A DNA stretch of 64,000 nt from an uncultured Actinomycetes bacterium (GTDB lineage: Bacteria > Actinomycetota > Thermoleophilia > Solirubrobacterales > 70-9). Below the pieces are notes generated by a model. It saw nothing but the letters and a program-made list of their open reading frames with translations. It was not told the DNA's origin and made no database searches. Position numbers and translations under genes: made by a program. Location: positions 56,571 to 120,570 of the forward strand of contig CAWISJ010000004.1 of NCBI GenBank assembly GCA_963838745.1. The letters are read 5' to 3'. The first letter of the stretch is position 1; each line of letters begins with the position of its first letter. Shown piece after piece: positions 1 through 8,442 of this stretch.

Positions 1-41
1 TCGTCTGAAAATTCCCTAAGTCCGACTACGCGGGTGGCGCG

Positions 42-404
42 CTACGTCTCGTCCTGCACGAGGTGTTCCTGCGCCCAGAGCGAGATCTGCGCGAGTGCGG
101 GAATCAGCGCCTTGCCGCGGTCGGTGAGCGCATAGGACACGGCCAGCGGCGGGCCCTCGTCGACCGTCCGGGCGATGAGCCCGGCCCCGGCGAGATCGGA
201 GAGCCGGTCCGAAAGGACGGAGTCGGAGATCCCGCCCATACCGCGCGAGAGCTCGCGGAAGCCTGCCGGGCCCTCGCTGAGGTTGCCGAGAACCATGGCG
301 TTCCATCGCTTGCCGAGGAATTCGAACGCGCGCGCCAGCGCGGCATCGCCACGGACGCAGGCGTCGGATGGGGGATCGGTTCTCGTTTTGGGTCTCGTGG
401 CCAT
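42..404 (-). CDS. HxlR-family winged-helix transcriptional regulator
   Basis: 120-aa ORF with the motif FLGKRWNAMVLGNL...GFRELSR...ISDSVLSDRLSDL, typical of HxlR. Divergent from the oxidoreductase gene at 500. Confidence 0.8.
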   Translation of the reverse strand: MATRPKTRTDPPSDACVRGDAALARAFEFLGKRWNAMVLGNLSEGPAGFRELSRGMGGISDSVLSDRLSDLAGAGLIARTVDEGPPLAVSYALTDRGKALIPALAQISLWAQEHLVQDET

Positions 405-412
405 GCCGGCTA

Positions 413-461
413 TATGCTAGCGTGTCAGTCGTTGCTAGGATATCCGTAGTGACTATGCTAG
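413..461. promoter_or_regulatory. Candidate operator/promoter region with two TATGCTAG copies
   Basis: The 8-mer TATGCTAG occurs at 413-420 and 454-461. A third GCTAG sits at 434-438. All lie in the comparatively AT-rich divergent intergenic region 405-499. Confidence 0.3.
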
Positions 462-499
462 AGATTGTCGCTACGTAACTACAAGCACAAGGAGCTTCC

Positions 500-1613
500 A
501 TGACCGGCACGTCCAATGACCATGCCTCCGTCGTAGTCGTTGGCGGCGGCTATGGCGGCATCAACGCCGCCAAGGCACTCGACGCGGTCGCCGACGTCAC
601 CCTCGTCGACCCCACCGAGGCGTTCTTCCACAACGTCGCCGGGTGGCGCACGCTCGTCGAGCCCGAGTGGCTGGATCGGATCTTCCTCCCCTACGAACAC
701 CTGCTGGCCCGCGGGCGCTTCGTCCGCGATCGCGCCGTCGCGGTGGACGGGCGCCGCGTCACGCTGGCGTCAGGTGGCGTGCTCGAGCCCGATTACCTCG
801 TGCTGGCAACGGGATCCTCGTATCCGTTCCCGGCCAAGACCGAGGAGCCCGACATCGCCTCCGCCAGATCCCGCCTCCGCGCTGCTCACGAGGCGCTGCT
901 AGGGGCCGAACGCGCGCTGATCGTCGGCGCCGGCCCGGCGGGCCTGGAGCTCGCCGGGGAGATCAAGGCCTTCTACCCCGACAAGCACGTGACCATCGCC
1001 GACGTCGCGCCGGACATTCTCACCGGTCCCTACGACCAGGAGCTGCGCGACGAGCTGCGCCGGCAGCTCGATGCCCTCGGAGTCGAGCTCCGCTTGGGTG
1101 CCGCGCTGAGCGAGCTGCCCACCGCCCCGCCCGGCGACCCTGGCCCCGATCGCCATCGCCACCGCGGACGGCGGCGAGCTCGTCGCCGACATCTGGTTCC
1201 GCGCCTTCGGTGTGCGGCCGCACAGCGACTACCTCGAGGGCGGATCGCTGGACGACCGCCGTGACGAGGACGGTTACGTCCGGGTGGACGAGCATCTGCG
1301 AGTCGTCGGTGAGGACCATGTCTTCGCGATCGGCGACGTCGCCGATGCCGATCGCGACATGGCGGGCATCGCCACGAAGCAGGCCGAGACGGTTGCGGCC
1401 AACATCCGTTCGCTCATCACCGGCACGGACGAGCTGATGAGGTGGGAGCAGTTCCCACCCCTCATCGCGATCCCGCTTGGGCCCGAGGGCGGAGCGGGCT
1501 TCCTGGGCGACGGCGTCGCAGACAGCGCGCAAATCGCCGAGGTCAAGGGCCGCCACATGCTGATCGACACCTACGCGTCGCTCTTCGACGCCGTCCCGGC
1601 TGTGGCCTCCTGA
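500..1613 (+). pseudogene. FAD/NAD(P)-dependent pyridine-nucleotide-disulfide oxidoreductase (AIF/NDH-2-like) with one frame break
   Basis: The N-terminal ORF 500-1264 (VVVVGGGYGG; LIVGAGPAGLELAGE) and the C-terminal ORF 1212-1613 (VFAIGDVAD) are two halves of one protein in different frames. Skipping one C at 1138-1140 joins them as ...PPGD|LAPIAIATADGGELVADIWFRAFG. Confidence 0.75.
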
Positions 1614-1652
1614 GACAGCTGGGAGCGGCGTTGTGCCGTAGAACTCCGGGGC

Positions 1653-2720
1653 ATGGCCGCCTCGGAGGCCACGATCGTCGACGCCGGTGGGCGCGATTTG
1701 CGCGTGTCCAGCCCCGATCGCGTGATCTTCCCGAAGACCGAGCGCTCAGGCGCGGTCACCAAGCTCGACGTCGTGAAGTACTACCTCGCCGTTGGCGACG
1801 GCATAATGCGCGCGCTCGAGCGGCGGCCGACGACGCTCGAGCGCTGGCCCAAGGGGGTGCACCCGGACATCGTCGTCTCGACGCGCGAGAAGGGCGGCGG
1901 CGACGCCTTCTTTCAGAAGCGCATTCCAAGAGGAGCTCCGGACTACGTACAGACCGCGCGGATCCAGTTCCCGTCGGGTCGTCACGCGGATGAGATCTGT
2001 CCCACGGAGGTGGCCGTCGTCGGCTGGGCGGCGCAGATGGGCACGATCACGTTTCACCCGTGGCCGGTTCGCGGCGACGACGTCGACCATCCAGACGAAC
2101 TGCGCATCGACCTGGACCCGCAGCCGGGAACGGACTTCGCCGACGCCCTGCGCGTCGCCGCTGAGGCACGCGTGCTCTTGGACGAGCTTGGCTACACGGG
2201 TTTCCCGAAGACCTCGGGCGGGCGAGGGATCCACGTGTACGTCCGGATCGAGCGCCGCTGGACGTTCACGGACGTTCGCCATGCCGCGATCGCATTCGGG
2301 CGCGAGCTCGAACGGCGTCTACCCGGTCAGGTCACGACCAAGTGGTGGAAGGAGGAGCGCGGCGAGAGCATCTTCATCGACTACAACCAGAACGCTCGCG
2401 ATCGCACGATTGCCTCGGCCTACAGCGTCCGGCCGAAGGCGGGTGCGCCGGTTTCCGCGCCGGTCACGTGGGACGAGCTCGCCGACGTCGCGCCCGAGGA
2501 CTTCACGGTCGCAACCATGCCCGCGCGCTTTGCCCAGGTGGGCGATCGCCACGCCGCTATCGACGAAGCCGCCCACTCGCTGAAGCCGCTGCTGGACATG
2601 TACGAGAGTGACGAGGCCGAGGGTGAGGGGGACATGCCCTACCCGCCCGACTATCCGAAGATGCCGGGGGAGCCGAAGCGAGTGCAGCCCTCGCGCGACC
2701 GCGACCGCCGGCGGAAGTGA
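1653..2720 (+). CDS. Stand-alone LigD-type polymerase/primase domain protein (NHEJ PolDom)
   Basis: 355 aa with LRVSSPDRVIFP, FFQKRIP, ELRIDLDP, KTSGGRGIHVYV and IFIDYNQNARDRT motifs. No ligase or nuclease domain in the ORF. Confidence 0.8.
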   Translation: MAASEATIVDAGGRDLRVSSPDRVIFPKTERSGAVTKLDVVKYYLAVGDGIMRALERRPTTLERWPKGVHPDIVVSTREKGGGDAFFQKRIPRGAPDYVQTARIQFPSGRHADEICPTEVAVVGWAAQMGTITFHPWPVRGDDVDHPDELRIDLDPQPGTDFADALRVAAEARVLLDELGYTGFPKTSGGRGIHVYVRIERRWTFTDVRHAAIAFGRELERRLPGQVTTKWWKEERGESIFIDYNQNARDRTIASAYSVRPKAGAPVSAPVTWDELADVAPEDFTVATMPARFAQVGDRHAAIDEAAHSLKPLLDMYESDEAEGEGDMPYPPDYPKMPGEPKRVQPSRDRDRRRK

Positions 2721-2724
2721 GCGC

Positions 2725-3588
2725 TCACGATGACTGCGGCAGCTTCCGCGAGCCTCGTTTGACCACCGGCCGGGAGGGCGGGGGCACGACTGGCCCGATG
2801 TCACCGTCCGGCGCCTCGTCCAGATCGACGATCACCGGCGCGTGGTCGCTCGGCCCGCTTCCCTTGCGGGCCTGCCGGTCCACCCAAGCCGCCCGGACAC
2901 GGTCGGCGACCGTCTCGCCGGCCAACACCAGATCGATTCGCATCCCGAGGTCCTGATGGAACATTCCGGCCCGGTAGTCCCAGTAGGTGAACACCCGCTC
3001 GTTCGGCCAGCGATCGCGCACGACGTCATGCAGGCCGAGCTCTCGTAGCTTCGCCAGGGCCGCCCGCTCAGGCGAGGTTACGTGGGTCTGTCCGATGTAG
3101 GCGTCGGGATCGAACACGTCGTCGTCGGTCGGCGCGATGTTCATGTCGCCACATACGACCGTCGCCTCCGGGCCGGCGGCGACCACCTCCCGCAGCGAAG
3201 CCAGCCAGGCGAGCTTGTACTGGTAGTGCTCCGAGTCCGGCTCGCGGCCATTCGGTACGTACACCGAGATCACGCGGATTCCGCCGCATGTAGCAGAGAC
3301 CGCGCGCGACTCTGGGCGCGGGAAGCCCGGCGCGCCGGCGAGTCCCACCACCACGTCGTCCAGACCGACTCGCGAGAGGATGGCGACTCCATTCCAGGTC
3401 GCCTCGCCGTGGACTGCGACGGCATACCCGCGGTCGCCGAGCTCGTCGCCGAGGAGGTCGAGGAAGGCATCGTCCGCGAGCTTGGTCTCCTGCAGGCAGA
3501 CCACGTCCGGCCGCCGCTCATCCAGCCAAGGCAGTAGCCGCGGCACGCGCTGCTTGACCGAGTTGACGTTCCAGGTCGCGATTCGCAC
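2725..3588 (-). CDS. xthA: Exodeoxyribonuclease III (AP endonuclease)
   Basis: VRIATWNVNS...VVCLQETK...GDMNIAP...SDHAPV. Start placed at GTG 3588. The 430-aa ORF reaching 4017 overlaps the next gene and its prefix is Arg-rich junk. Confidence 0.85.
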   Translation of the reverse strand: MRIATWNVNSVKQRVPRLLPWLDERRPDVVCLQETKLADDAFLDLLGDELGDRGYAVAVHGEATWNGVAILSRVGLDDVVVGLAGAPGFPRPESRAVSATCGGIRVISVYVPNGREPDSEHYQYKLAWLASLREVVAAGPEATVVCGDMNIAPTDDDVFDPDAYIGQTHVTSPERAALAKLRELGLHDVVRDRWPNERVFTYWDYRAGMFHQDLGMRIDLVLAGETVADRVRAAWVDRQARKGSGPSDHAPVIVDLDEAPDGDIGPVVPPPSRPVVKRGSRKLPQSS

Positions 3589-3668
3589 CCGCCCCACGGT
3601 ACCGGCGCCGCCCGTGGCGGCCGCTCGCCCAAACCCAGCGGCCGCCTTGACGGATGCGGAGGTCTTCG

Positions 3669-4691
3669 TTATCGGCGAGCGCAGTCGACGACGAGCTTCG
3701 TCGTGTAGCCGAGGAGCGCCTCCGGCGCCTGGTCCCAGCTCGCCGTCTCGCTGGTCACCAGCGCGGGGTCGATTGAACCGTCGGCGATCAGCTCCAGCAC
3801 CGGCGGCAGGGTGGTGCGGCTGTTCGCCCGCCCGGCGGCTAGCGTGATGGTTCGGAGGTACATCTCGAAGATTGGGATCTGCGCCTCGCCGGCAGAGTGC
3901 AGCGAGGTAACCGTGCAGTGGCCGCCGGTACGGGTCGAGCGCAGCGCGCAGCCGAGCCCCCGCCGCTCGTTGGCGTTTTCGACCACGACGTCGAAGCGGC
4001 CGTGGGCGTCGGGCCACTCCTCGACCAGAGCGACCTCCGCGCCAAGGCGCTCGGCCTGTGGCGCGAGCTGCTCATTTCGGGTCAGGACTTCGACCGCGCC
4101 GGCGCCCGCCGCGCGGGCGATCTGCACCGCGTAGAGGGGGATGCTGTTCGCGCCCGGGCCCGCCAAGATCAGGACCTTGCCGCCGCGCCGGCTTTCGAGC
4201 GGCGGCACCACCGCGCGCCAGGCGTCGCTGATGTTGTCGGGGGCGCTGGCCGCGACCAGTGGGTCGATGCCGCGGGGGAGAGGCACGAGCATCGCGTCTG
4301 CGAATGGGACACGGACTCGCTCCGCGAACGCGCCGCCGAAGTCACCGCCGGCGGGCCCGATTCCGTACATCCCGCCCACCTTGCAGTTCGATGTCAGGCC
4401 GCGGCGACAGTACTCGCATTCTCCACAGGAGATCTGGAACGGGACTGCGACCCGATCGCGGGGCACCACCGAACGGACCGCGTCACCCACCTCGACGACC
4501 TCGCCGATCATCTCGTGGCCGAGGGTGAAAGGGCCCTCGAACGGGGACCCTCCCTCGATCATCGCTCGATCCAGATCGCAGGTGGCGATTGCAAGCGGCG
4601 AGACGATCGCCTGCTCCGGTGAATCGAGGCGCGGTGGATCGGACTCGCGCCAGTCGAGTCGCCCGGGCTCTACGAAAGTCAGCTCCTGCAT
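3669..4691 (-). CDS. Zinc-dependent alcohol dehydrogenase family (MDR) oxidoreductase
   Basis: 340 aa with GHEMIGEVVEVG, CGECEYCRRG and a Rossmann motif LILAGPGANS. Confidence 0.8.
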   Translation of the reverse strand: MQELTFVEPGRLDWRESDPPRLDSPEQAIVSPLAIATCDLDRAMIEGGSPFEGPFTLGHEMIGEVVEVGDAVRSVVPRDRVAVPFQISCGECEYCRRGLTSNCKVGGMYGIGPAGGDFGGAFAERVRVPFADAMLVPLPRGIDPLVAASAPDNISDAWRAVVPPLESRRGGKVLILAGPGANSIPLYAVQIARAAGAGAVEVLTRNEQLAPQAERLGAEVALVEEWPDAHGRFDVVVENANERRGLGCALRSTRTGGHCTVTSLHSAGEAQIPIFEMYLRTITLAAGRANSRTTLPPVLELIADGSIDPALVTSETASWDQAPEALLGYTTKLVVDCARR

Positions 4692-4900
4692 CGGGCCGCT
4701 AATTCCGTAGCTCGCGGGCGCAGGATCGCGGCGGCGATCGCGCGGATCTCGAGCTCACCGAAGCGCATCCCGATGCAGATCCTAGGCCCCGGCGGCGAAC
4801 GGCACGTACGGGGACTCACGGGACGGCGCTAGCCTCGATGAAGTGATCTCGAAGCTAGTCCCGCTCCGCGAGGACGTTCCCGCGATGCTGAGCGAGCGGC
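4679..4900 (-). pseudogene. Cytochrome P450 3' remnant (heme-binding loop plus L-helix), frameshifted and 5'-truncated
   Basis: Minus strand reads ...PYVPFAAG then, after skipping one G of GGGG (4787-4790), PRICIGMRFGELEIRAIAAAIL. This matches the FxxGxRxCxG Cys-ligand motif (Cys codon 4775-4777). No room remains for the other roughly 350 codons. Confidence 0.55.
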
Positions 4901-4904
4901 GACC

Positions 4905-6581
4905 GTGAGTGAAGGGGACGCTCAGATCGCTGCCGGATTGGCGGAGACCCCCGACCAAGGTGGCACCTCCCCTCGCCTCGGCGAGAGCCAGATGGCGCGA
5001 TTCCGGGGGCTCGGCCGCAGCCGCACGATCGCGCACGGTGATGTCCTCTTCGCCGAGGGCGACGAGGGCGCCGACTTCTTCGTCATCGAGTCGGGGTCGG
5101 TAGCGATCGTTCAAGGACATGGGAGGGAGAACAGGGTGATCGCCGTCTTCGGCCGGCACCACTTCCTGGGCGAGCTCAGCATGCTCACCGGCCAGCGGCT
5201 CTATCTGAGCGGGGTGGTGAGCGACGGCGGAGAGGTGATCCAGGTCCCCGTGGAGAAGCTGCGTGAGATCGTCGCCGAGGACAAGGCTCTGAGCGACATC
5301 ATCCTCGGCGCCTTCATGGCCCGGCGCTCATTCCTGATCGACGCCGAAACGGGAATCAAGCTGATCGGCTCCCGGTTCTCGCCCGACTCGCGCCGGCTGC
5401 GCGAGTTCCTTGCCCGCAATCGTATGCCCCACCAATGGATCGATCTGGAAGAGGACGACGACGCGGAGGCCCTGCTGGGTGGACTCGCCATTGAGCCCGA
5501 TCAGACCCCGGTCGTGATCGCCAGCGGCGGTGAGATCCTGCGCAACCCGACCAATGCAGACCTGGGAAGGGCAATCGGCCTCGGGTCAAAAGGCGCGACC
5601 CCGGCGCTCTGCGACCTCGTGGTCGTCGGCGGCGGGCCGGCGGGGCTGGCGTCGGCGCTGTATGCCGCTTCCGAAGGGCTCGACGTTCAGGCAGTGGAGG
5701 CGGTCGCCACCGGCGGTCAGGCCGGGACATCGGCAAGGATCGAGAACTACCTCGGCTTCCCCGCCGGAGTGTCGGGCAGCGAGCTGACCCAGCGTGCCGG
5801 TGTCCAGGCGGTCAAGTTCGGTGCGCGCCTGGCTGTCCCGGCCGCCGCCGTCCGGATGACCAGTGAACCGGGGCGGCATGAGATCGAGCTCTCGAACGGC
5901 GATGTGGCGACCGGCCGCGCCGTGGTCATCGCCACCGGGGCGCAATACCGCCGCCTCGACGTGGCGCGGCTGGACGAGTTCGAGATGGGCGGCGTCTACT
6001 ACGCCGCCACCCAGGCGGAGGCGCAGCTCTGCGCCGGCGATCCGGTTCTGATCGTCGGCGGCGGAAACTCAGCCGGCCAGGCAGCGATGTTCCTGTCCCG
6101 GCACGCGTCGCAATGCCGGCTCCTGATCCGGGGCGGTGATCTGGCGAAGTCGATGTCGCGGTATCTCGTCGATCAGATCGAGCGCAACGACTTGGTCCAG
6201 GTCTGCCTCCACTCGGAGGTGGTCGAGCTCGGCGGCGAGCGCGAGCTGGAGACGGTGACCGTCGCCGACACCCGCTCCGGAGAGCGGGGGGTGGTCCCCG
6301 CCAGGGCGCTGTTCGTCTTCATCGGCGCTTTGCCCCACACCGAGTGGCTGGAAGGCCAGCTGGCCACCGACGACGCCGGATTTCTGCTCACCGGCCGGGA
6401 CGTCCAGGACGGGGCTCTCGCGGAGCACAACGGCGATCCCCCATTTTTCCTGGAGACCAGCCGTCCCGGGATCTTCGCCGTCGGCGATGTCCGTTCGGGA
6501 TCGATCAAGCGCGTCGCCTCTGCGGTCGGGGAGGGGTCGATGGCGGTCCGGCTGGTCTACGACCGACTTGTCACCCACTAG
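4905..6581 (+). CDS. Cyclic-nucleotide-binding domain fused to a thioredoxin-reductase-like FAD oxidoreductase
   Basis: 558 aa. The N-terminal cNMP fold reads GDVLFAEGDEGADFFVIESGSV...FLGELSML. The C-terminal part has VVVGGGPAGLASALYAA, IVGGGNSAGQAA and FAVGDVRSG. Confidence 0.8.
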   Translation: MSEGDAQIAAGLAETPDQGGTSPRLGESQMARFRGLGRSRTIAHGDVLFAEGDEGADFFVIESGSVAIVQGHGRENRVIAVFGRHHFLGELSMLTGQRLYLSGVVSDGGEVIQVPVEKLREIVAEDKALSDIILGAFMARRSFLIDAETGIKLIGSRFSPDSRRLREFLARNRMPHQWIDLEEDDDAEALLGGLAIEPDQTPVVIASGGEILRNPTNADLGRAIGLGSKGATPALCDLVVVGGGPAGLASALYAASEGLDVQAVEAVATGGQAGTSARIENYLGFPAGVSGSELTQRAGVQAVKFGARLAVPAAAVRMTSEPGRHEIELSNGDVATGRAVVIATGAQYRRLDVARLDEFEMGGVYYAATQAEAQLCAGDPVLIVGGGNSAGQAAMFLSRHASQCRLLIRGGDLAKSMSRYLVDQIERNDLVQVCLHSEVVELGGERELETVTVADTRSGERGVVPARALFVFIGALPHTEWLEGQLATDDAGFLLTGRDVQDGALAEHNGDPPFFLETSRPGIFAVGDVRSGSIKRVASAVGEGSMAVRLVYDRLVTH

Positions 6582-6605
6582 CCTGAGGAAGGAAAGGCCG
6601 AGCCG

Positions 6606-6920
6606 ATGCCCACGTGCACCCATCTGGATCAGGTTCAGATTTCCCAGCTTCCCGAGTCGGTCGAGGGCTGCGAGGAGTGTCTGGCGGCCGGGGACCCGTG
6701 GCTCCATTTGCGAATCTGCCTCGTTTGCGGAAAGGTCGGGTGCTGCGACGACTCGCCCAACCGCCATGCCAGCGCTCACGCTCGGACCAGCGGTCACCCC
6801 CTGATCCGCTCGCTCGAACCCGGCGAGGAGTGGTCCTGGTGCTTCGTGGACGACTTGGCGTTGCTGATTCCCGATGTGCACGGGGAAACACGCATTCCCC
6901 CGTCGCCCCTGGGCGGCTAG
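6606..6920 (+). CDS. UBP-type zinc-finger domain protein
   Basis: 104 aa with the Cys/His pattern CTHL...CEECL...HLRICLVCGKVGCCDDSPNRHASAH...GHP. Confidence 0.7.
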   Translation: MPTCTHLDQVQISQLPESVEGCEECLAAGDPWLHLRICLVCGKVGCCDDSPNRHASAHARTSGHPLIRSLEPGEEWSWCFVDDLALLIPDVHGETRIPPSPLGG

Positions 6921-7429
6921 CTCCGCCCCATCTGCGAGTCGTCGGCGCCCCGGCCTAACGGCTGCGCCAGGCGCGCCGCCAATCGATCGAAGAAGCCACC
7001 CCAGCCCTCCATCGCGCGCTTGTACCCCGCGGCCGGCATGTGTCCGCCACGCTGCTCGAGATGCATCTCGGTCCGCCCGTCGCCGAGGTCGGTGAGGATG
7101 ACCGTCACCACCTCGTACTCGGGCTCGCCGGGCCGGTCGGAGACGGTGAAGACCAGCCGCTCGGGCTCGACCACCTCACGGTACTCGCCGGTCCACTGGA
7201 TCTCACGGCGGTTGGGTCCGGCGAACATCGTCGCCCGCCACGAGCCTCCCTCTCTGACGTCCATTGACACCGTGGACACGGGGATCTCGGCCTCGCTGCC
7301 GCCGTACCAATCCGCGAAGCTCTCCGGCTCGGTCCATTCCCTCCACACCCGCTCGCGCGGCGCGTCGAAGACGCGGGTCATCGTGATCCCCTCTGCGGTT
7401 GCGGCGTCGGCAGGGCGTCGGTCAGTCAA
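6917..7429 (-). CDS. SRPBCC / AHSA1-family protein
   Basis: TRVFDAPRERVWREWTEPE...WYG is typical of Aha1-like SRPBCC proteins. It lies 6 nt downstream of an ArsR gene. The start could instead be the internal Met at 7381. Confidence 0.75.
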   Translation of the reverse strand: MTDRRPADAATAEGITMTRVFDAPRERVWREWTEPESFADWYGGSEAEIPVSTVSMDVREGGSWRATMFAGPNRREIQWTGEYREVVEPERLVFTVSDRPGEPEYEVVTVILTDLGDGRTEMHLEQRGGHMPAAGYKRAMEGWGGFFDRLAARLAQPLGRGADDSQMGRS

Positions 7430-7434
7430 TTCGT

Positions 7435-7770
7435 CTACTCCTCCTCGATCTCGTGCAGGCGCTGGTCGAGCCTGTCAAAGCTATCCGTCCAGAAGCGCCG
7501 GTAGCTGGCGAGCCAGTCCGTGGCCTCCTTGAGCGGCGCCCCGTGCAGCCGCGAGGGTCGAAGCTGCGCCCTGCGCCCCCGCGTGATCAGCCCCGCGTGC
7601 TCGAGCACCTTGAGATGCTTGGAGACCGCCTGGACGCTGATCGGGAACGGCTTGGCGAGCTCGTTCACCGTGGCCTCGCCCTCCGCGAGCCGACCGAGAA
7701 TCGCCCGGCGCGTGGGGTCGGCCAGGGCCGCGAAGGTATTGCTGAGCTGGTCGACTGGCACCTTGTTCAT
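7435..7770 (-). CDS. ArsR/SmtB-family transcriptional regulator
   Basis: FAALADPTRRAILGRL...TVNELAKPFPISVQAVSKHLKVLEHAGLI. Confidence 0.85.
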   Translation of the reverse strand: MNKVPVDQLSNTFAALADPTRRAILGRLAEGEATVNELAKPFPISVQAVSKHLKVLEHAGLITRGRRAQLRPSRLHGAPLKEATDWLASYRRFWTDSFDRLDQRLHEIEEE

Positions 7771-7777
7771 CCGTTAG

Positions 7778-7787
7778 GTTGATCAAC
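7778..7787. promoter_or_regulatory. Perfect 10-bp palindrome GTTGATCAAC in a divergent promoter region
   Basis: Located 8 nt upstream of the ArsR start, inside the AT-rich stretch 7771-7835. Confidence 0.3.
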
Positions 7788-7835
7788 TGATAAGTTAAAT
7801 ATAGCTTGCTGAGCGGACAAGAAAGGAGGAGCAGG

Positions 7836-8402
7836 ATGGGAAGGATCGTGGTAACCGAGTTCGTTTCACTCGACGGTGTCATGGAGGCGCCGGGAGGCGA
7901 GGACTTCAAGTACAAGGCCTGGAGCTTCGACTTCGACCGCGGCGAGGAGGGCGACAAGTTCAAGCTCGAGGAGACCGTCGAGAGCGAGGCGCTGCTGCTG
8001 GGCCGGGTGACCTACGAGGGCTTCGCCGCGGCCTGGCCGTCGCGGGACGGCGACTTCGCCGACAAGTTCAACAGCATGCCCAAGTACGTGGTCTCCTCGA
8101 CCCTCGAGGATCCCGAGTGGAACAACTCGACGGTGCTCAAGGGCGATGTCGTGGAGGAGGTCTCGAACCTACGGAAGGAGCTGGGCGGGGACATCTACGT
8201 CCACGGCAGCTGCCAGCTGGCGCAGACCCTGATCGAGAACGACCTGGTCGACGAGTTGCACCTGATGGTCTTCCCGGTCGTCCTCGGGACCGGCAAGCGC
8301 CTCTTCGGCGAGACGAGCGACAAGAAGACCCTGCGGCTCAAGGGCTCGAAGACGGTCGGGGATGGCGTCGTCATCCTCGTCTACGAGCGGGCGGGCGAGT
8401 AG
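7836..8402 (+). CDS. Dihydrofolate-reductase-like (RibD C-terminal domain) family protein
   Basis: MGRIVVTEFVSLDGVMEAPGG... Start chosen at ATG 7836, preceded by the SD AAAGGAGGA (7822-7830). Confidence 0.75.
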   Translation: MGRIVVTEFVSLDGVMEAPGGEDFKYKAWSFDFDRGEEGDKFKLEETVESEALLLGRVTYEGFAAAWPSRDGDFADKFNSMPKYVVSSTLEDPEWNNSTVLKGDVVEEVSNLRKELGGDIYVHGSCQLAQTLIENDLVDELHLMVFPVVLGTGKRLFGETSDKKTLRLKGSKTVGDGVVILVYERAGE

Positions 8403-8442
8403 GCGCGAGTCTCGGGGCCGTTGCCCGGCTTGAACGGGCGGC

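Noticed and set aside
3589-4017. N-terminal 143 codons of the 430-aa ORF containing xthA
   Set aside because: The segment is Arg/Pro-rich junk overlapping the ADH gene on the same strand. XthA homology starts at VRIATWNV (GTG 3588).
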